A stretch of 64,000 nt of DNA from Candidatus Poseidoniales archaeon (GCA_038116375.1 JAYNUQ010000001.1:13454-77453); one strand, 5' to 3'. Counted from the stretch's first letter, positions 46,449-57,526 are shown. The notes: generated from the sequence alone by a model not told the origin. A program made the numbers and translations.

Positions 46449-49400
46449 TCAGAACTTGGTTCCGCTTCGGCTACGGGCGGTTTTGACACCGCCGTACACG
46501 ACCAATATGGCCAAGAGGGCAATCAACAGGGTCATCCACGCCGATTCACCGTCGGCCGAACTCTGGATGTTGTACTCCAGACTGAAGTCGCCTGCCTCGG
46601 GTATCTCCTCAACGCTCTCGGACTCGGCGCCTGGAACTTCCATACGGTAGGCAAAGCGCTTGTTTCCGAAGGTGAAGGAAAGACCCTCAAAGACGGCAAC
46701 ACCTTCTCCTCCTGCTGGAACAGAAATCGTTTGCGAAAGCTCTGCACCGTTTGGTGGCGTGAGGTACACGATCACCGAAGGAGCGTCCAACAGACCGTCG
46801 TTGGTCACGGGGACTCGGACGGCACCGACTTGGTCAGCAATCAAATCCGACTCTGTGGCAATTCTGGCCTGGTCGAGACCGAGTTTGATGGTCGCCTTCT
46901 GAATGCTGACAACGACTTCTTCCCGGTCCATGTTTTCACTCTCGCTGTTGATGTACACGGTCAAGTCGAAGTCCTGGCCGTCGGTGAACGAGGCTGGAGC
47001 GAAGACCGTGAACTGCTGACTTCGGGTTTCGTCCTTTGCCAGCGTGAGGGTTGAGGTCATCGGTGTGACCGACCAGTCCGCTGGGATGCCGCTTTGAAGC
47101 AGTTCGATGGTAAAGGTGTCTTGCCCGTTTCCGTCGTTGGTCAAATCAAAGGAGAATTGGCGTTCGACAAGGGCTGACATACCGAGTTCTTCCGTGGCCT
47201 CCGATACGGTGAAGCCGTAGGTTTGCGGAATGAAGACCTTGACAGATGCCTGAGAGGATTCACCAAGATCGGTCTGCAAGCGCATGGTCATGCGGTGTCC
47301 GTTCTCCAACTTCCATGCATCAGCGACGTCCGGTAGCGTGAGTTGCACCTTGATCGTCTCTGAAAGCGCAGCAGCGGTGTTTGCATCACCGATACCCAGC
47401 GATACGTCAATGCTGTCTTCGTAGGCCTCACTTGTTTCGTTGTAGAACTGAACCGTCCACAATTCCGAATCTTGGGCAAGACCCATTTCACCGGAGACCG
47501 AAAACACGTCCATCAACTCCGTGCCGTTGTACACGACATCGAAATCAAAGGTAATGGTGGAGTATACCGATTCGTTGGTTGAGGAAACGATGGCTTCCAA
47601 TTCAGAATCTCCAGCGTTCAACACCGTGGCATCGACCACAGAAGCCTCGTTGAAGGTGATGTCCAAAGCCGAGTTCACCCTGCGGTTGAATTGCAACGTA
47701 GCAGCGATGGTTGAATCAGCGGATACCGTGGTGGTCTGCCCACCGTAATATTCCATCTCAAGTTCCGTAGCGTGCTGAACCGTCATGAATTCGCTGTCGA
47801 ATGAAACGCTGCCCTCGGGGAAGAGCGTGCGCAATTCGCCGTTAGCGGGAACCGCCATCATCCACGACATCCCGTCGAAGGTCACTTCGAGGTCAACAAC
47901 ATCCTGCACCATATCGGCGCCGCTGTCGCCGGAACCGGCGTGGTGGTCGTTTTGTTCAATGTCGGTCCAAGCCGTAGCGAGATTGACATAACCTCCAAGC
48001 GCCATGACCATCGAGATGTTGCCGCCGTTTGAGACCGAAGCGTCGAGAAGACCGATGGCGACGCCGCCACCGTTCGGTCCAGGGTTGGATTGGGTAATCA
48101 CCACAACCCACTCACCGGGTTCAACACTTGTGGACCACTCGAGGGTGCTTTCGTTCATGGCTCCGTTGACGTGAACGGGGTTGCGTTCAACGCCTGCGAC
48201 GGGATAAAGAACGATGTTTGCCCCAACCAACCGGGCAGCATCAAGCTGGTCGGTGATGGTTCCGAAGACCTCAACGAGACCGGCACTGACCTCAATATCG
48301 GTCGAATCTGGACTGTCGTGGACCGTGTATCCGCTTTGGTTTTCCGTTTCGTAGTAGACGGTTTCGTATCCCTCTTTCTCAACGGTGACGTTGTACACAT
48401 CCCGGATGGGCACGAAGACACGCCATACGCCCTCGTCGTCGGTCGTGACCGTTGCAGAGAATTCAGAATTGTTGTCGCCTTCAACGGTGACGGTCATTTC
48501 GGGGAGCCCCTCACCGAGGTTGGGGACGCTGTCGTTGTTCAAGTCCCAGAACACCTTGCCGCCAATTTCAACTTCAAGGGTCGCATAGACAGCGTCCAAC
48601 ACCAAGCTGTTGTCCACAGCGTCGTCCGTGTTGAAGGGCGAATCGCTCGTGTCCATGAACCAAGATTTGGTTCCGATGGTACGATTGAGGTAGAAACTCC
48701 ATTCTCCGGGCATCAACAGCTCAGAGGAATTCCCGTCCTCGTTGGTTCGCTCAAAGGTGACGTTGCCGAGTCCCTCGTGGCTCACGGCCGTGACCGTCAT
48801 GTCGCTCAAAGGCGATTCGGTGACGGCTTCCATGAGTTGCATCGAGACATCAACGCTTACCTGGGTCGCCAAGTCCAACTCCAAACGGTCTGAGCCTGCC
48901 TGAACCACGACCGGCTGACGCAGGGTCTCCGTGTGGTCGCCGTTGGTAAACGGTGCAACGATGATGAGCCAGTCACCCGCAGGCACGTAGGCCGCAAAGG
49001 TGCCGTTTTCATCAGAACCGATGTTGAACCACTGGTCCTTCTCCTCGTTGTAGAGGAGGAAATCGTTTGCGATACCGTCGCCGGTGGTGTTGACCAAGGT
49101 TCCGTTCACCAAGTAGGTGTTCTTGAGCGGAACCTCGAGCGGTTCATCGATGGAGTCCAAACCTATGCGGAGGGCATCAAAGAACTGCTCGCCAACAAGG
49201 TCGTAATCCGTGGCGTTTTCGTTGTCGGCGGTGGTTCGGTTGAACACGATGTCATAGCCACCAGGAGTAAGGCCTACGGTGATGATTCCCGCTTCGCTGT
49301 AGTCTTCAGCCGTGAAGTACAGGCTCTCCTGGTTTTCGTCGATCGGCTTCAGCGTGAATGCCGGTGTGGCCATCGTTCCGTTCTCAAACGTCCCGTCTTC

Positions 49401-52400
49401 CGCCGAATTCAGGTAAACATGCATCGTAACCGCAATCGGTTCGGGGTTGGCAATGAGTTCCATCGTGGACACAAAGGTGGTTGCTGAGTGGTTGACAACA
49501 AGGTCCTGTCCACCGCTGATGTTCAATCGCTCATCGCTGACGGAGAGGTCCCAAGTGCCGTCGGTCAAGTCGAAGACGAATTCACCCATTTCGGTGGACG
49601 TGGTTCGCCACATCAGACCGTCCTCGTTGGTCGCCACAATCTCAGGAGCGACCCAGTTTGGAAGGGTCGAATCCCATCGAGTATCGTTTTCGTAGAGGTG
49701 GACGATGCCGTTGACGGTCGTGGTTGGCTCGAGGTAAAGGGCGCCGAGGTCCAAGTCCTCGCCGGTCTCAACCGATACCAGTTGGCCGAGTCCACGGTTG
49801 ATGATGACACTCTCGGTGGTCATGTGGTAGGTGAACCCAGAAGGCACACGGACGGAGAAGAAGCCGGTTACGTTGGTGACAGAAGAGAACTCGAGGTTGC
49901 CCGAAACGAAGTTCACGGTCAAGGCCGAGGCGGCTTCTGTGGTTTCTTCGCGGTTCTCCTCAGGAGTCATTTCGTCCCACTGGTCGTATTCCTCGATGGT
50001 GATGCCGGGGTAGGACCGCATGCTTCCGTTGATGTACGCTGCCTTAGCGTAGGTCACGTCAGTCTGAAGTTCCTCAGTGCCGGGCTCAAGTTCGATTTGG
50101 TCAAACAGCACGAATTCTGGGTTGATGTCGTCTCGGATGTTCCAAACACCGAACAAAAGTTCAGCATAGATTTCACCGTTTTCGTCGCTGGTGACGTTGA
50201 TCGGTTCAAGCACATCAACTTCGTTTTGGAAGGTGATGGTTCGGTTGGAAACATCGAAGAGCGGCTCTTGGGTGAGCGGGTCAATTGGCGAAACAAGCGT
50301 CAACGTCAAGTCAGCCGTATCCGGAACGTTGAGGGCCAACGTGATGTTGGTAATGTCATCGTTCACAAAGGCCGTTTCGTTGTAGTCGTACCAGCCGTCG
50401 TTATCGACGTCGCCTCGGTAGTAGTACTCACCCGGTGCGACGGGGCCGTAGGAGAAGTTTCCTTCCTCGTCGGTCGTGATCATAACGGCAAACTCATCGC
50501 CGAGTTCAACGTCAACGAATTCAATGGTTTGGTTTGGCATGGCATCACCGTGCATGTCCTTCAGCGTGTCCTTGAAGATGGCACCTGGCATGGTCATGGC
50601 AACATCGTACGTTGGGTCAATACCAATTTCAACGGGGTCCGGCAGGAGGACTTCCTTGCCGTTGGCCAGTTGTGCGATCATGTTGTAGGTTCCAGGCAAG
50701 AGACCGGTCTTGTAGAACGAACCGGGTTCAACCATTGGACCTGAGAAGGTACCAACGCCGATGAACATGCCCGTGCCGTTGAACGTACCCGTTCCTTCAA
50801 ACGAGCCTGCACCTTCAATGGTTTCACCTTGACCGGCTTCGGCGTCACCGTAGGTTCGGCTCAAGGTGGAGGTGCCCTCGGAAGTAAACGTACCAAAGGC
50901 ATCAACCGTTCCCTCCAGGCGGTAGGTTGGGGTTTCGCCGCTATCATCAATGAGGCAGAAGGTTTCGTTCGCTGGCATCACGGGATTGGATTCGTTGTCC
51001 GACTCGCATGCTGCGACCTCGGCGGGTTCAACCCACGAGGCTTCAAGCACACCAAATCCGGACCACGTACCGTTGGCAAAGAAGGTACGTGCATCGCCGA
51101 TGTCTCGTGTGAACGTTCCGATGAAGTTGCTGGCGAGTGCGATGCCCTCGCTTTCGAACGTACCGTTCTCCGTCAACGTGGCTTCACCCGTTCCTTGGAG
51201 GATGCGAGATTCTTCGGAGGTGAACGAACCGCTCGTGGTTTCGACGGTGTAGTTGTCTGTCATCGACCAAATGTTTCGGAGAATGAAACTGGTTTCGGCA
51301 ATGGGCTCACCGTTGAAGGCTTCATCGCCGGCCCATGAAACGGTACCGGAAACACCGCTGCTTTGGACGGCGATGTCAAGCGTATTGTCCATGTCGACCA
51401 TTCGGTTGGCCTCGTCTGCGGTGACGTTGAGCAGGGATTCACCCAGCCAGGTCATGTTAGCGACTTGGCCCAAAATGGCCGTGAGCTCGTTGACTTGTCG
51501 GTCGGTGTTGGTCTCGGTCAGAATGTCACTGAGGCGCTCGCCGTAGGAACCGTCTCGGACCTTGTCGCGAGCAGAACTGGCGTCGAAATCACCCGCAAAG
51601 GCGGAAACACGAATCTTTCCGGCTGGAGCCAGGAAATTGTAGTGGCCTTCGTCGTCGGCGTCAACAAAGCCGATGGGGACCCAGTAGGTGTCCTCGTCCA
51701 AGTCTTCGCCGCTTTCTCCAGAGAAGGCGTCGCGCTCAATCAGCAAGCGAACGCCCGGTAGGCCTTCGCCGTTGTCGCTCATGGTTACTTGGCCGGTCAA
51801 CTCTGCACCAGGGTAGTACTTCAGAATCTTCACCAGGGTGTTGGTGGATTGGATCTGGTCTTCTGGGGCTTCGCTGTACCAGTTGGCGATAACGAAGTGA
51901 TTCATCATGGCACCAGGGAGCGGAAGGGCGTTGGTCATGATGGTTCCAGGGGAACCGGATTGACCGAAGTGTTGTGACGGTTGCGGGTTGCTTGAGCCGG
52001 CGTTCAAACCGAGCGTGGATGCACCGTATCCAACATAGGTTCGGGCAACCATGGTGTCGAAGAACGCAGGGTTGTGGTCAACACGAACATCCTCGATCTG
52101 CAACGGGTCAATGTCTGCACCGGCCTGCTGGTTGAGGAAATCCTTCTGCATGGCCTCGTCCACTTCTTCTCGGGTCATCTCGTCTTGGAAATCACCACGA
52201 ACCGTTTCGTAGACTTCATCCATGTAGGTGGTGATGTCTTGTCCAGCGAGGATGGTGGGTGCGCCAAAGATACCCATGGGTTGACCACGGTTGTAGTTGG
52301 CATCAGCGGTATAGCGCCCTGCACGGGGGTACAATCGGTCGTCGATGGCAAAGTATCGGATTTCGTGGTCTCGGCTGATGGTCTCTCCAGGAGCACCTTC

Positions 52401-55400
52401 GTAGTCTTGAACCTTGTAGAGTCCCTCGAGGTTGATGAGGTCGTTGTAGAGGTCGTGAATGGTATGGTCGGGATTTGCATCAAATGCGGCCGTGAGAAGT
52501 TGCGTTACCATGGCCAAACGTGCATTCATTCGGTGAATGGAGGTTGAAACCGACAGGTACTCATCAAGCAGGTCATCGGTGTACCAATACTCGCCAAAGA
52601 TGGTGTGGGTGCGTCCTTCGATCGTTTCTTCCGAGGTTCGAACGTTGTTGTTGAACGTGATATCGGCTTGGTCCATGGAACTCCATGCATCGCCAACACA
52701 CGAGGTGGAAACAGCGTCCGTACACGGGATGATTTCGTTGTTCTTCCAAATCTTGTAGACCTTTGTGCTGTCGTCGAAGATGCCTGCGTCGTGCGTGTAG
52801 CCCTCGGCCATTACAACGTCGCGGTTGGTTTTGACAACGTTAAACGAGCGCTCTTTGATGAAATCGATCATGGATTCATCAAACGTCGTCTCCATGGTGT
52901 GGAATTCCTCGTATTGCTCGGCGGTCAAGTACTTCTTCACGGTGTTTTCGAAAGGCACGGTAAAGGTGTGGTCGTCGCCTTCGGTCGCATAGGCCCGGTC
53001 GCCTTCGGCCAACTGCCAGATGAACATGGCCGTCAAATCCTCTTGGCTTCTGGCCAAGAGCATGTTTCCAGTTGCAGGGATACCCGATTGGAAGTTGTCG
53101 GAGACCGAGGGGTGCTCACCCGTGCTCAACGCTTGGAACCCGTAGTCCCACCATGATACGAACGCGGGTTTGTCGGAATACGCCATCTCGGCATCTTGAT
53201 TCGCCAACCAGTCGTAGGCTGCGTTCCAACCGTTGTCGTTGAATGAGGAACCAAAGCTACCAAGATACCAACGTCCATCGTAAGCGTCGCTGTCCAGAAT
53301 AGAGAAACCAAGACCGTCAAAGCGTAGGATGTCAGGAACGATGTTGTAAATGCGTTCGTCGATCTCAGCTTCTTGGTTGGACGTTCCTGGGATGGCGGAG
53401 TCCAAACCGTACGTGGCTTGCTGACCGAAAATCATGATCATGACGAGGAACACCGCAGAGAATTGCGGTGTACGCCAAACGGCCTTTCGTGCTCCTGCGA
53501 TACGGTCACCGGGCGTCCTGATGCCGAATTTCTTCCATGAACGGACCAGTCCGCTCCAGTCAGCCCACTTCCAGAATCCAACGATACCAGCAGCACCGAG
53601 AACGGCCATGATGGGCGTAGCGTTGAACATGAAACGAGCGGCGTTCCAAGCCATGAAGGTCGCTGCAAACACCCACACACCGAACACCAAGGCGGTGCCG
53701 TTTCGGTGGCGAAGACCTCGCCAAAGCAGGCCACCACCCATGATGAGAGCCAGCAGGAAGGTGATGGGACCAAAGGATGCAAAGAGTTGGGCACGGTTTG
53801 GTGCGTTTGCTTCAGCAACCGTTCCGAAAATCTTGGTCTTGGTGAAGTAGCCGCTACCGGTGAACAACACGTCCCAAGCGTTCGAAAGTTCAAGCGTTTT
53901 GAGAACGAAGAGGATGGCGAAGAAGACCGCAGCAGCTGCACCGAGTGTACCGAGGACCAACAGCCAGGGTTTGTCTCGGAACCCGGTGGTCACGAAGGCG
54001 ATGGCCAAGGTGAAACCGAAGATGAACAAGAACGGTTGAAGTCCTGTTGAATCAAACACGAGGTTGAATTGTGGATGTGCGTAAAACGGCAGCGCCATCA
54101 AGAACGTGGTCGTCAGCATCACGAGGAACATGACGCTCAATGTCGTAGAATCACGGCGACGGAACATGTTCAATGCGACCTGCAAAGCATAGGCCAAGAA
54201 CAGAATCGATGGACCAACGACGAACCCTTTCCAACCCAACGCGACAATACCGAAGGAAACGCCAGCGAGCACAGCGTTGGCCATGGCCGCCTGACGGTGG
54301 TTGGCGACGTCACCGAAGGCTCGGACGAAGGACATCGGGTGTGCCGATGTTGTCTTCGTGATGCGAGCCGATCCTGAGTACTTCACGGCACGCAGCCAAT
54401 ACATGAACCCAAGCGAGATGAAGAGCATGACGAAAGCGTCGTGGTCGGCCAGAGCCCAGGTGGAGTGCGTGACGTGCGCTGGCATGAAAGCGATGAGCCA
54501 AGCAGCCAGAACACCAGCACCTTTGCCGAAATGGTCCTTGGCGATGGCGGCGATGGGGAACACGGTGAGCGCACCGTAAACCGCAGGCAGGGCGAGCATG
54601 CTCCACCAGACAGCATCATCAGGATTACCGATGAACGGTTCGAGAAGCATGGCGCCAACGGCCATCGACCACGAGAAGAGCGGCGGACGAGGGTTGATGC
54701 CACCGATGGGATAGAATCGGTCGGCGTCAACCACAAGGTGAGCGTTGTTGGCCAGAATGTAGTCGACGACTCGCTTCATGTACCACGGGTCAGAACCACC
54801 CGTCATGTCCCAGTTGCCGGTTCCAAAGGCGTTCATCGATGGCACGGCGTACCATTGAACACGAATGGCAAGACCGACCAAAAAGGCCAGAGCCACCATC
54901 ATACCGGCGCCGTGAGCCCGAAGGAACTGACGCGCCTGGGATGGCTCATGTTCGCCAAGGTTGGCCCAGCCACCGTATTTTTCGTGGTTGCCGATGGTGT
55001 AGATTCCGACGCCCAAAAAGAACGTGAAGCCCAGCCAAATCAAGGCACCCCAGGTGCCGTCGAGGTCTTCGTTGTACCAAATACCTGCTTCAAACCAAGC
55101 AGCGACCTGATACAGAGCCCACATGGAACCGACGAGCATGGCACGGGTGTACCAGCGCTCAGCCACCATGCCAGCGACGATGAGTGCGACGACCCCCGTG
55201 AGGAACGCACTCCAGTAGCCGATGTAGCCGTGGTAGCCCTCTTCGGTCGTGATACCCAACTGGTCGATCACGTCGACGGAGTTGAAGTGGTAAATGGAGC
55301 CTGCAAAGGCAAGCACCCAAACGCCAAGGGCGACCATGAGCGGCAGGGCGTCTCGGTTGAATCCGTCCTTGTTGCCGAGGAAGGAAAACCAACCTTCCTC

Positions 55401-56003
55401 TCCGGCAGGGTTCAAGACGCCTCGAGCGAGGACACCTGCGAGCATGCCCGCAGCGGTGAACATCGTCAGGTAGGCAAAGAACACGTAGGCTGTGGCCTGT
55501 CGCTCAAGGTTCATGGTCGAGACCAATTGGCCGCTTTCCATGGTGTATTGAGACGGGAGCGCAGCGAACGCATCACCTGCTGCGGCCATGGCGAACCAAA
55601 AGCCAACGGCGGAGAACGCCATGGTGGTCATCCACTCGTGGCGTCCTCGGAGGTTCAAGTTTGAACCAACGACGAGAATGACGGCAAACATCAACGCTGC
55701 AACAGCGTCGACATCTGCGAACATGTAGAGCCCCTCTGCACCGACAAGTGCCAAGGCCAACACGCTGAGGGAAACGGTGGAAGTGGAAATGTCGGGTCGA
55801 GTTGCCTGAACGATGCTCGGCACCAAGGCCAGCATGGATGCGATGGCGACGACGAGCATCGGCATCATGTTGTTCAACGTCAAGTCGTATTCAATGCCTA
55901 CGACTCTGGTGGTGGCAAGAGCGAGCAGCACGGCCAAGGGCGCAAGCAGCAACCCCAACACGGCACTAGGCTGTTCCGCCTTCGTTTCCATTTCTTCTTC
56001 CAT
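46449..56003 (-). CDS. aglB: Giant oligosaccharyltransferase AglB (STT3) with an extra N-terminal TM domain and a C-terminal carboxypeptidase-regulatory/Ig-like array
   Basis: SDPWY (~aa 404), DHD (~520), TVAE (~728), WWDYG (~951, nt 53139-53153) and DNFQ; then ~1750 aa of T(T/S)D..G.(F/Y)...PG.(Y/W) repeats and a terminal TM helix. Confidence 0.92.
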   Translation of the reverse strand: MEEEMETKAEQPSAVLGLLLAPLAVLLALATTRVVGIEYDLTLNNMMPMLVVAIASMLALVPSIVQATRPDISTSTVSLSVLALALVGAEGLYMFADVDAVAALMFAVILVVGSNLNLRGRHEWMTTMAFSAVGFWFAMAAAGDAFAALPSQYTMESGQLVSTMNLERQATAYVFFAYLTMFTAAGMLAGVLARGVLNPAGEEGWFSFLGNKDGFNRDALPLMVALGVWVLAFAGSIYHFNSVDVIDQLGITTEEGYHGYIGYWSAFLTGVVALIVAGMVAERWYTRAMLVGSMWALYQVAAWFEAGIWYNEDLDGTWGALIWLGFTFFLGVGIYTIGNHEKYGGWANLGEHEPSQARQFLRAHGAGMMVALAFLVGLAIRVQWYAVPSMNAFGTGNWDMTGGSDPWYMKRVVDYILANNAHLVVDADRFYPIGGINPRPPLFSWSMAVGAMLLEPFIGNPDDAVWWSMLALPAVYGALTVFPIAAIAKDHFGKGAGVLAAWLIAFMPAHVTHSTWALADHDAFVMLFISLGFMYWLRAVKYSGSARITKTTSAHPMSFVRAFGDVANHRQAAMANAVLAGVSFGIVALGWKGFVVGPSILFLAYALQVALNMFRRRDSTTLSVMFLVMLTTTFLMALPFYAHPQFNLVFDSTGLQPFLFIFGFTLAIAFVTTGFRDKPWLLVLGTLGAAAAVFFAILFVLKTLELSNAWDVLFTGSGYFTKTKIFGTVAEANAPNRAQLFASFGPITFLLALIMGGGLLWRGLRHRNGTALVFGVWVFAATFMAWNAARFMFNATPIMAVLGAAGIVGFWKWADWSGLVRSWKKFGIRTPGDRIAGARKAVWRTPQFSAVFLVMIMIFGQQATYGLDSAIPGTSNQEAEIDERIYNIVPDILRFDGLGFSILDSDAYDGRWYLGSFGSSFNDNGWNAAYDWLANQDAEMAYSDKPAFVSWWDYGFQALSTGEHPSVSDNFQSGIPATGNMLLARSQEDLTAMFIWQLAEGDRAYATEGDDHTFTVPFENTVKKYLTAEQYEEFHTMETTFDESMIDFIKERSFNVVKTNRDVVMAEGYTHDAGIFDDSTKVYKIWKNNEIIPCTDAVSTSCVGDAWSSMDQADITFNNNVRTSEETIEGRTHTIFGEYWYTDDLLDEYLSVSTSIHRMNARLAMVTQLLTAAFDANPDHTIHDLYNDLINLEGLYKVQDYEGAPGETISRDHEIRYFAIDDRLYPRAGRYTADANYNRGQPMGIFGAPTILAGQDITTYMDEVYETVRGDFQDEMTREEVDEAMQKDFLNQQAGADIDPLQIEDVRVDHNPAFFDTMVARTYVGYGASTLGLNAGSSNPQPSQHFGQSGSPGTIMTNALPLPGAMMNHFVIANWYSEAPEDQIQSTNTLVKILKYYPGAELTGQVTMSDNGEGLPGVRLLIERDAFSGESGEDLDEDTYWVPIGFVDADDEGHYNFLAPAGKIRVSAFAGDFDASSARDKVRDGSYGERLSDILTETNTDRQVNELTAILGQVANMTWLGESLLNVTADEANRMVDMDNTLDIAVQSSGVSGTVSWAGDEAFNGEPIAETSFILRNIWSMTDNYTVETTSGSFTSEESRILQGTGEATLTENGTFESEGIALASNFIGTFTRDIGDARTFFANGTWSGFGVLEASWVEPAEVAACESDNESNPVMPANETFCLIDDSGETPTYRLEGTVDAFGTFTSEGTSTLSRTYGDAEAGQGETIEGAGSFEGTGTFNGTGMFIGVGTFSGPMVEPGSFYKTGLLPGTYNMIAQLANGKEVLLPDPVEIGIDPTYDVAMTMPGAIFKDTLKDMHGDAMPNQTIEFVDVELGDEFAVMITTDEEGNFSYGPVAPGEYYYRGDVDNDGWYDYNETAFVNDDITNITLALNVPDTADLTLTLVSPIDPLTQEPLFDVSNRTITFQNEVDVLEPINVTSDENGEIYAELLFGVWNIRDDINPEFVLFDQIELEPGTEELQTDVTYAKAAYINGSMRSYPGITIEEYDQWDEMTPEENREETTEAASALTVNFVSGNLEFSSVTNVTGFFSVRVPSGFTYHMTTESVIINRGLGQLVSVETGEDLDLGALYLEPTTTVNGIVHLYENDTRWDSTLPNWVAPEIVATNEDGLMWRTTSTEMGEFVFDLTDGTWDLSVSDERLNISGGQDLVVNHSATTFVSTMELIANPEPIAVTMHVYLNSAEDGTFENGTMATPAFTLKPIDENQESLYFTAEDYSEAGIITVGLTPGGYDIVFNRTTADNENATDYDLVGEQFFDALRIGLDSIDEPLEVPLKNTYLVNGTLVNTTGDGIANDFLLYNEEKDQWFNIGSDENGTFAAYVPAGDWLIIVAPFTNGDHTETLRQPVVVQAGSDRLELDLATQVSVDVSMQLMEAVTESPLSDMTVTAVSHEGLGNVTFERTNEDGNSSELLMPGEWSFYLNRTIGTKSWFMDTSDSPFNTDDAVDNSLVLDAVYATLEVEIGGKVFWDLNNDSVPNLGEGLPEMTVTVEGDNNSEFSATVTTDDEGVWRVFVPIRDVYNVTVEKEGYETVYYETENQSGYTVHDSPDSTDIEVSAGLVEVFGTITDQLDAARLVGANIVLYPVAGVERNPVHVNGAMNESTLEWSTSVEPGEWVVVITQSNPGPNGGGVAIGLLDASVSNGGNISMVMALGGYVNLATAWTDIEQNDHHAGSGDSGADMVQDVVDLEVTFDGMSWMMAVPANGELRTLFPEGSVSFDSEFMTVQHATELEMEYYGGQTTTVSADSTIAATLQFNRRVNSALDITFNEASVVDATVLNAGDSELEAIVSSTNESVYSTITFDFDVVYNGTELMDVFSVSGEMGLAQDSELWTVQFYNETSEAYEDSIDVSLGIGDANTAAALSETIKVQLTLPDVADAWKLENGHRMTMRLQTDLGESSQASVKVFIPQTYGFTVSEATEELGMSALVERQFSFDLTNDGNGQDTFTIELLQSGIPADWSVTPMTSTLTLAKDETRSQQFTVFAPASFTDGQDFDLTVYINSESENMDREEVVVSIQKATIKLGLDQARIATESDLIADQVGAVRVPVTNDGLLDAPSVIVYLTPPNGAELSQTISVPAGGEGVAVFEGLSFTFGNKRFAYRMEVPGAESESVEEIPEAGDFSLEYNIQSSADGESAWMTLLIALLAILVVYGGVKTARSRSGTKF

Positions 56004-56151
56004 TTGTATCCCTCAATTTAGGTCCAGCCTGAAGGCTGGCGTCGTTGTCCACTTCTGAACCCCTTTTGAAGGTGCCTGTTTCAATACTGACGACTGTCCT
56101 TCAGTCGCTCTTTTACAGGCGTTTTTCCTTTATGAGCAACATCGAGCGTTT

Positions 56152-57426
56152 TCAGTCGATGGCGCGATGGGCAATATCCCTTCGGAAATGGCCACCTTGG
56201 AGGTCGATTTCATCCATCAAAGCGTAGGCTTTTTTCTGGGTTTGCTGAAGGTCGGCACCGAGAGCCGTACACGAAAGAACCCGTCCACCCGATGCGATGA
56301 AATCACCGCCTTCACCCAGAGACACACCGGCAAAATTCACCCAAGATGCCCCGTAGGAGGTTTTGGAAAGAAGCGTTTCCAATCCGTGAATTGGGCGCCC
56401 TTTGACGGGCGAGGCAGGGTAGCCCTCTGAGGCCAACACCACCGTGACGGCCGAACCTTCGTGCAGTTCCAGTTCGACGTCGTCGAGGGTGTCGGTTGCT
56501 GCACCGTTGAGAAGGGAGAACATGTCGGTTTTGATGAGCGGAAGAGTGACTTGGCACTCCGGGTCGCCAAACCGTACGTTGAATTCAACGACGTAAGGGT
56601 CGTCGTGGTCGTCGATCATCAACCCGATGAACAACACACCGCGATAGGGGACGGCCTGCTGTGAAAGATGCTGGTGCATGGGCTCGACAATGCGCTCGAC
56701 GATTTTCATGTGAACCGAAGAGGAGACCACGGGTGCTGGACAGTAGGCCCCCATGCCTCCCGTGTTTGGACCTTCATCGCCGTCAAAGGCTCGCTTGTGA
56801 TCTTGACTGGCCGGCAAGGTGCGGTAGGCCGTCCCGTCCATCACGACGAGCATGCTCGCCTCCTCGCCGGGCAAAAAGGCCTCAAGCAACACAAATCCAT
56901 CCGTCTCGATGGAGGATTGGATGAACGACAGCGCCTCGGCTCTGTTTGAAGTGACCACCACACCTTTTCCACCGGCCAAGACGTCTCGTTTGACAACCCA
57001 AGGCTCACCAGCATAGGCATCGAGGGCCGCTTCGAGGTCCGATTGAGCATCAAGCCGCTGGTAGGCTGCGGTCGGTACACCCGCCGTTTCCATGGTCTCT
57101 TTGGCATGCAGTTTGGATCCCTCCAGGTGGGCCAACGCAGCAACGGGTCCGAAGCAAGGAACCCCAGCGGTTTGGCAGGCATCAGCCAATCCATCGCACA
57201 GGGGGGCCTCGGGGCCCACAACCACCAGACCTGCACCAACCTCGACAACGAGGGCGAGTAAGGATTCGACGTCCGAAGCACCGGTGTGATTGGTGGCGAT
57301 TTGAGCGGTACCTGCATTCCCAGGGACGCAGTGCAAAGCGGCCACATGAGGAGAACGGTGAAGCGCAAGACACAGCGCATGTTCACGCCCTCCACCGCCA
57401 ACAACGACGACCGTTGTTCCATCCAT
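56152..57426 (-). CDS. purD: Phosphoribosylamine--glycine ligase
   Basis: GGGGREHAL, PGNAG, VGPEAPL, LEGSK, AGGKGV, QDHKRAFDGDEGPNTGGMGAY, EFNVRFGDPE and GGRVL. Confidence 0.98.
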   Translation of the reverse strand: MDGTTVVVVGGGGREHALCLALHRSPHVAALHCVPGNAGTAQIATNHTGASDVESLLALVVEVGAGLVVVGPEAPLCDGLADACQTAGVPCFGPVAALAHLEGSKLHAKETMETAGVPTAAYQRLDAQSDLEAALDAYAGEPWVVKRDVLAGGKGVVVTSNRAEALSFIQSSIETDGFVLLEAFLPGEEASMLVVMDGTAYRTLPASQDHKRAFDGDEGPNTGGMGAYCPAPVVSSSVHMKIVERIVEPMHQHLSQQAVPYRGVLFIGLMIDDHDDPYVVEFNVRFGDPECQVTLPLIKTDMFSLLNGAATDTLDDVELELHEGSAVTVVLASEGYPASPVKGRPIHGLETLLSKTSYGASWVNFAGVSLGEGGDFIASGGRVLSCTALGADLQQTQKKAYALMDEIDLQGGHFRRDIAHRAID

Positions 57427-57526
57427 GACACAACGGGCTGTTCGGCATTGAATAATCCCTTCGCGGGTCCGTCTTGGAAGACCAAAGCGGAAGAATGCTT
57501 ATCCACCATTGAGATGTGAGGCAATC

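Noticed and set aside
48090-55664. Long plus-strand ORFs (267, 418 and 407 aa) antisense to aglB
   Set aside because: Shadow frames produced by codon bias in the real gene; no recognisable motifs.
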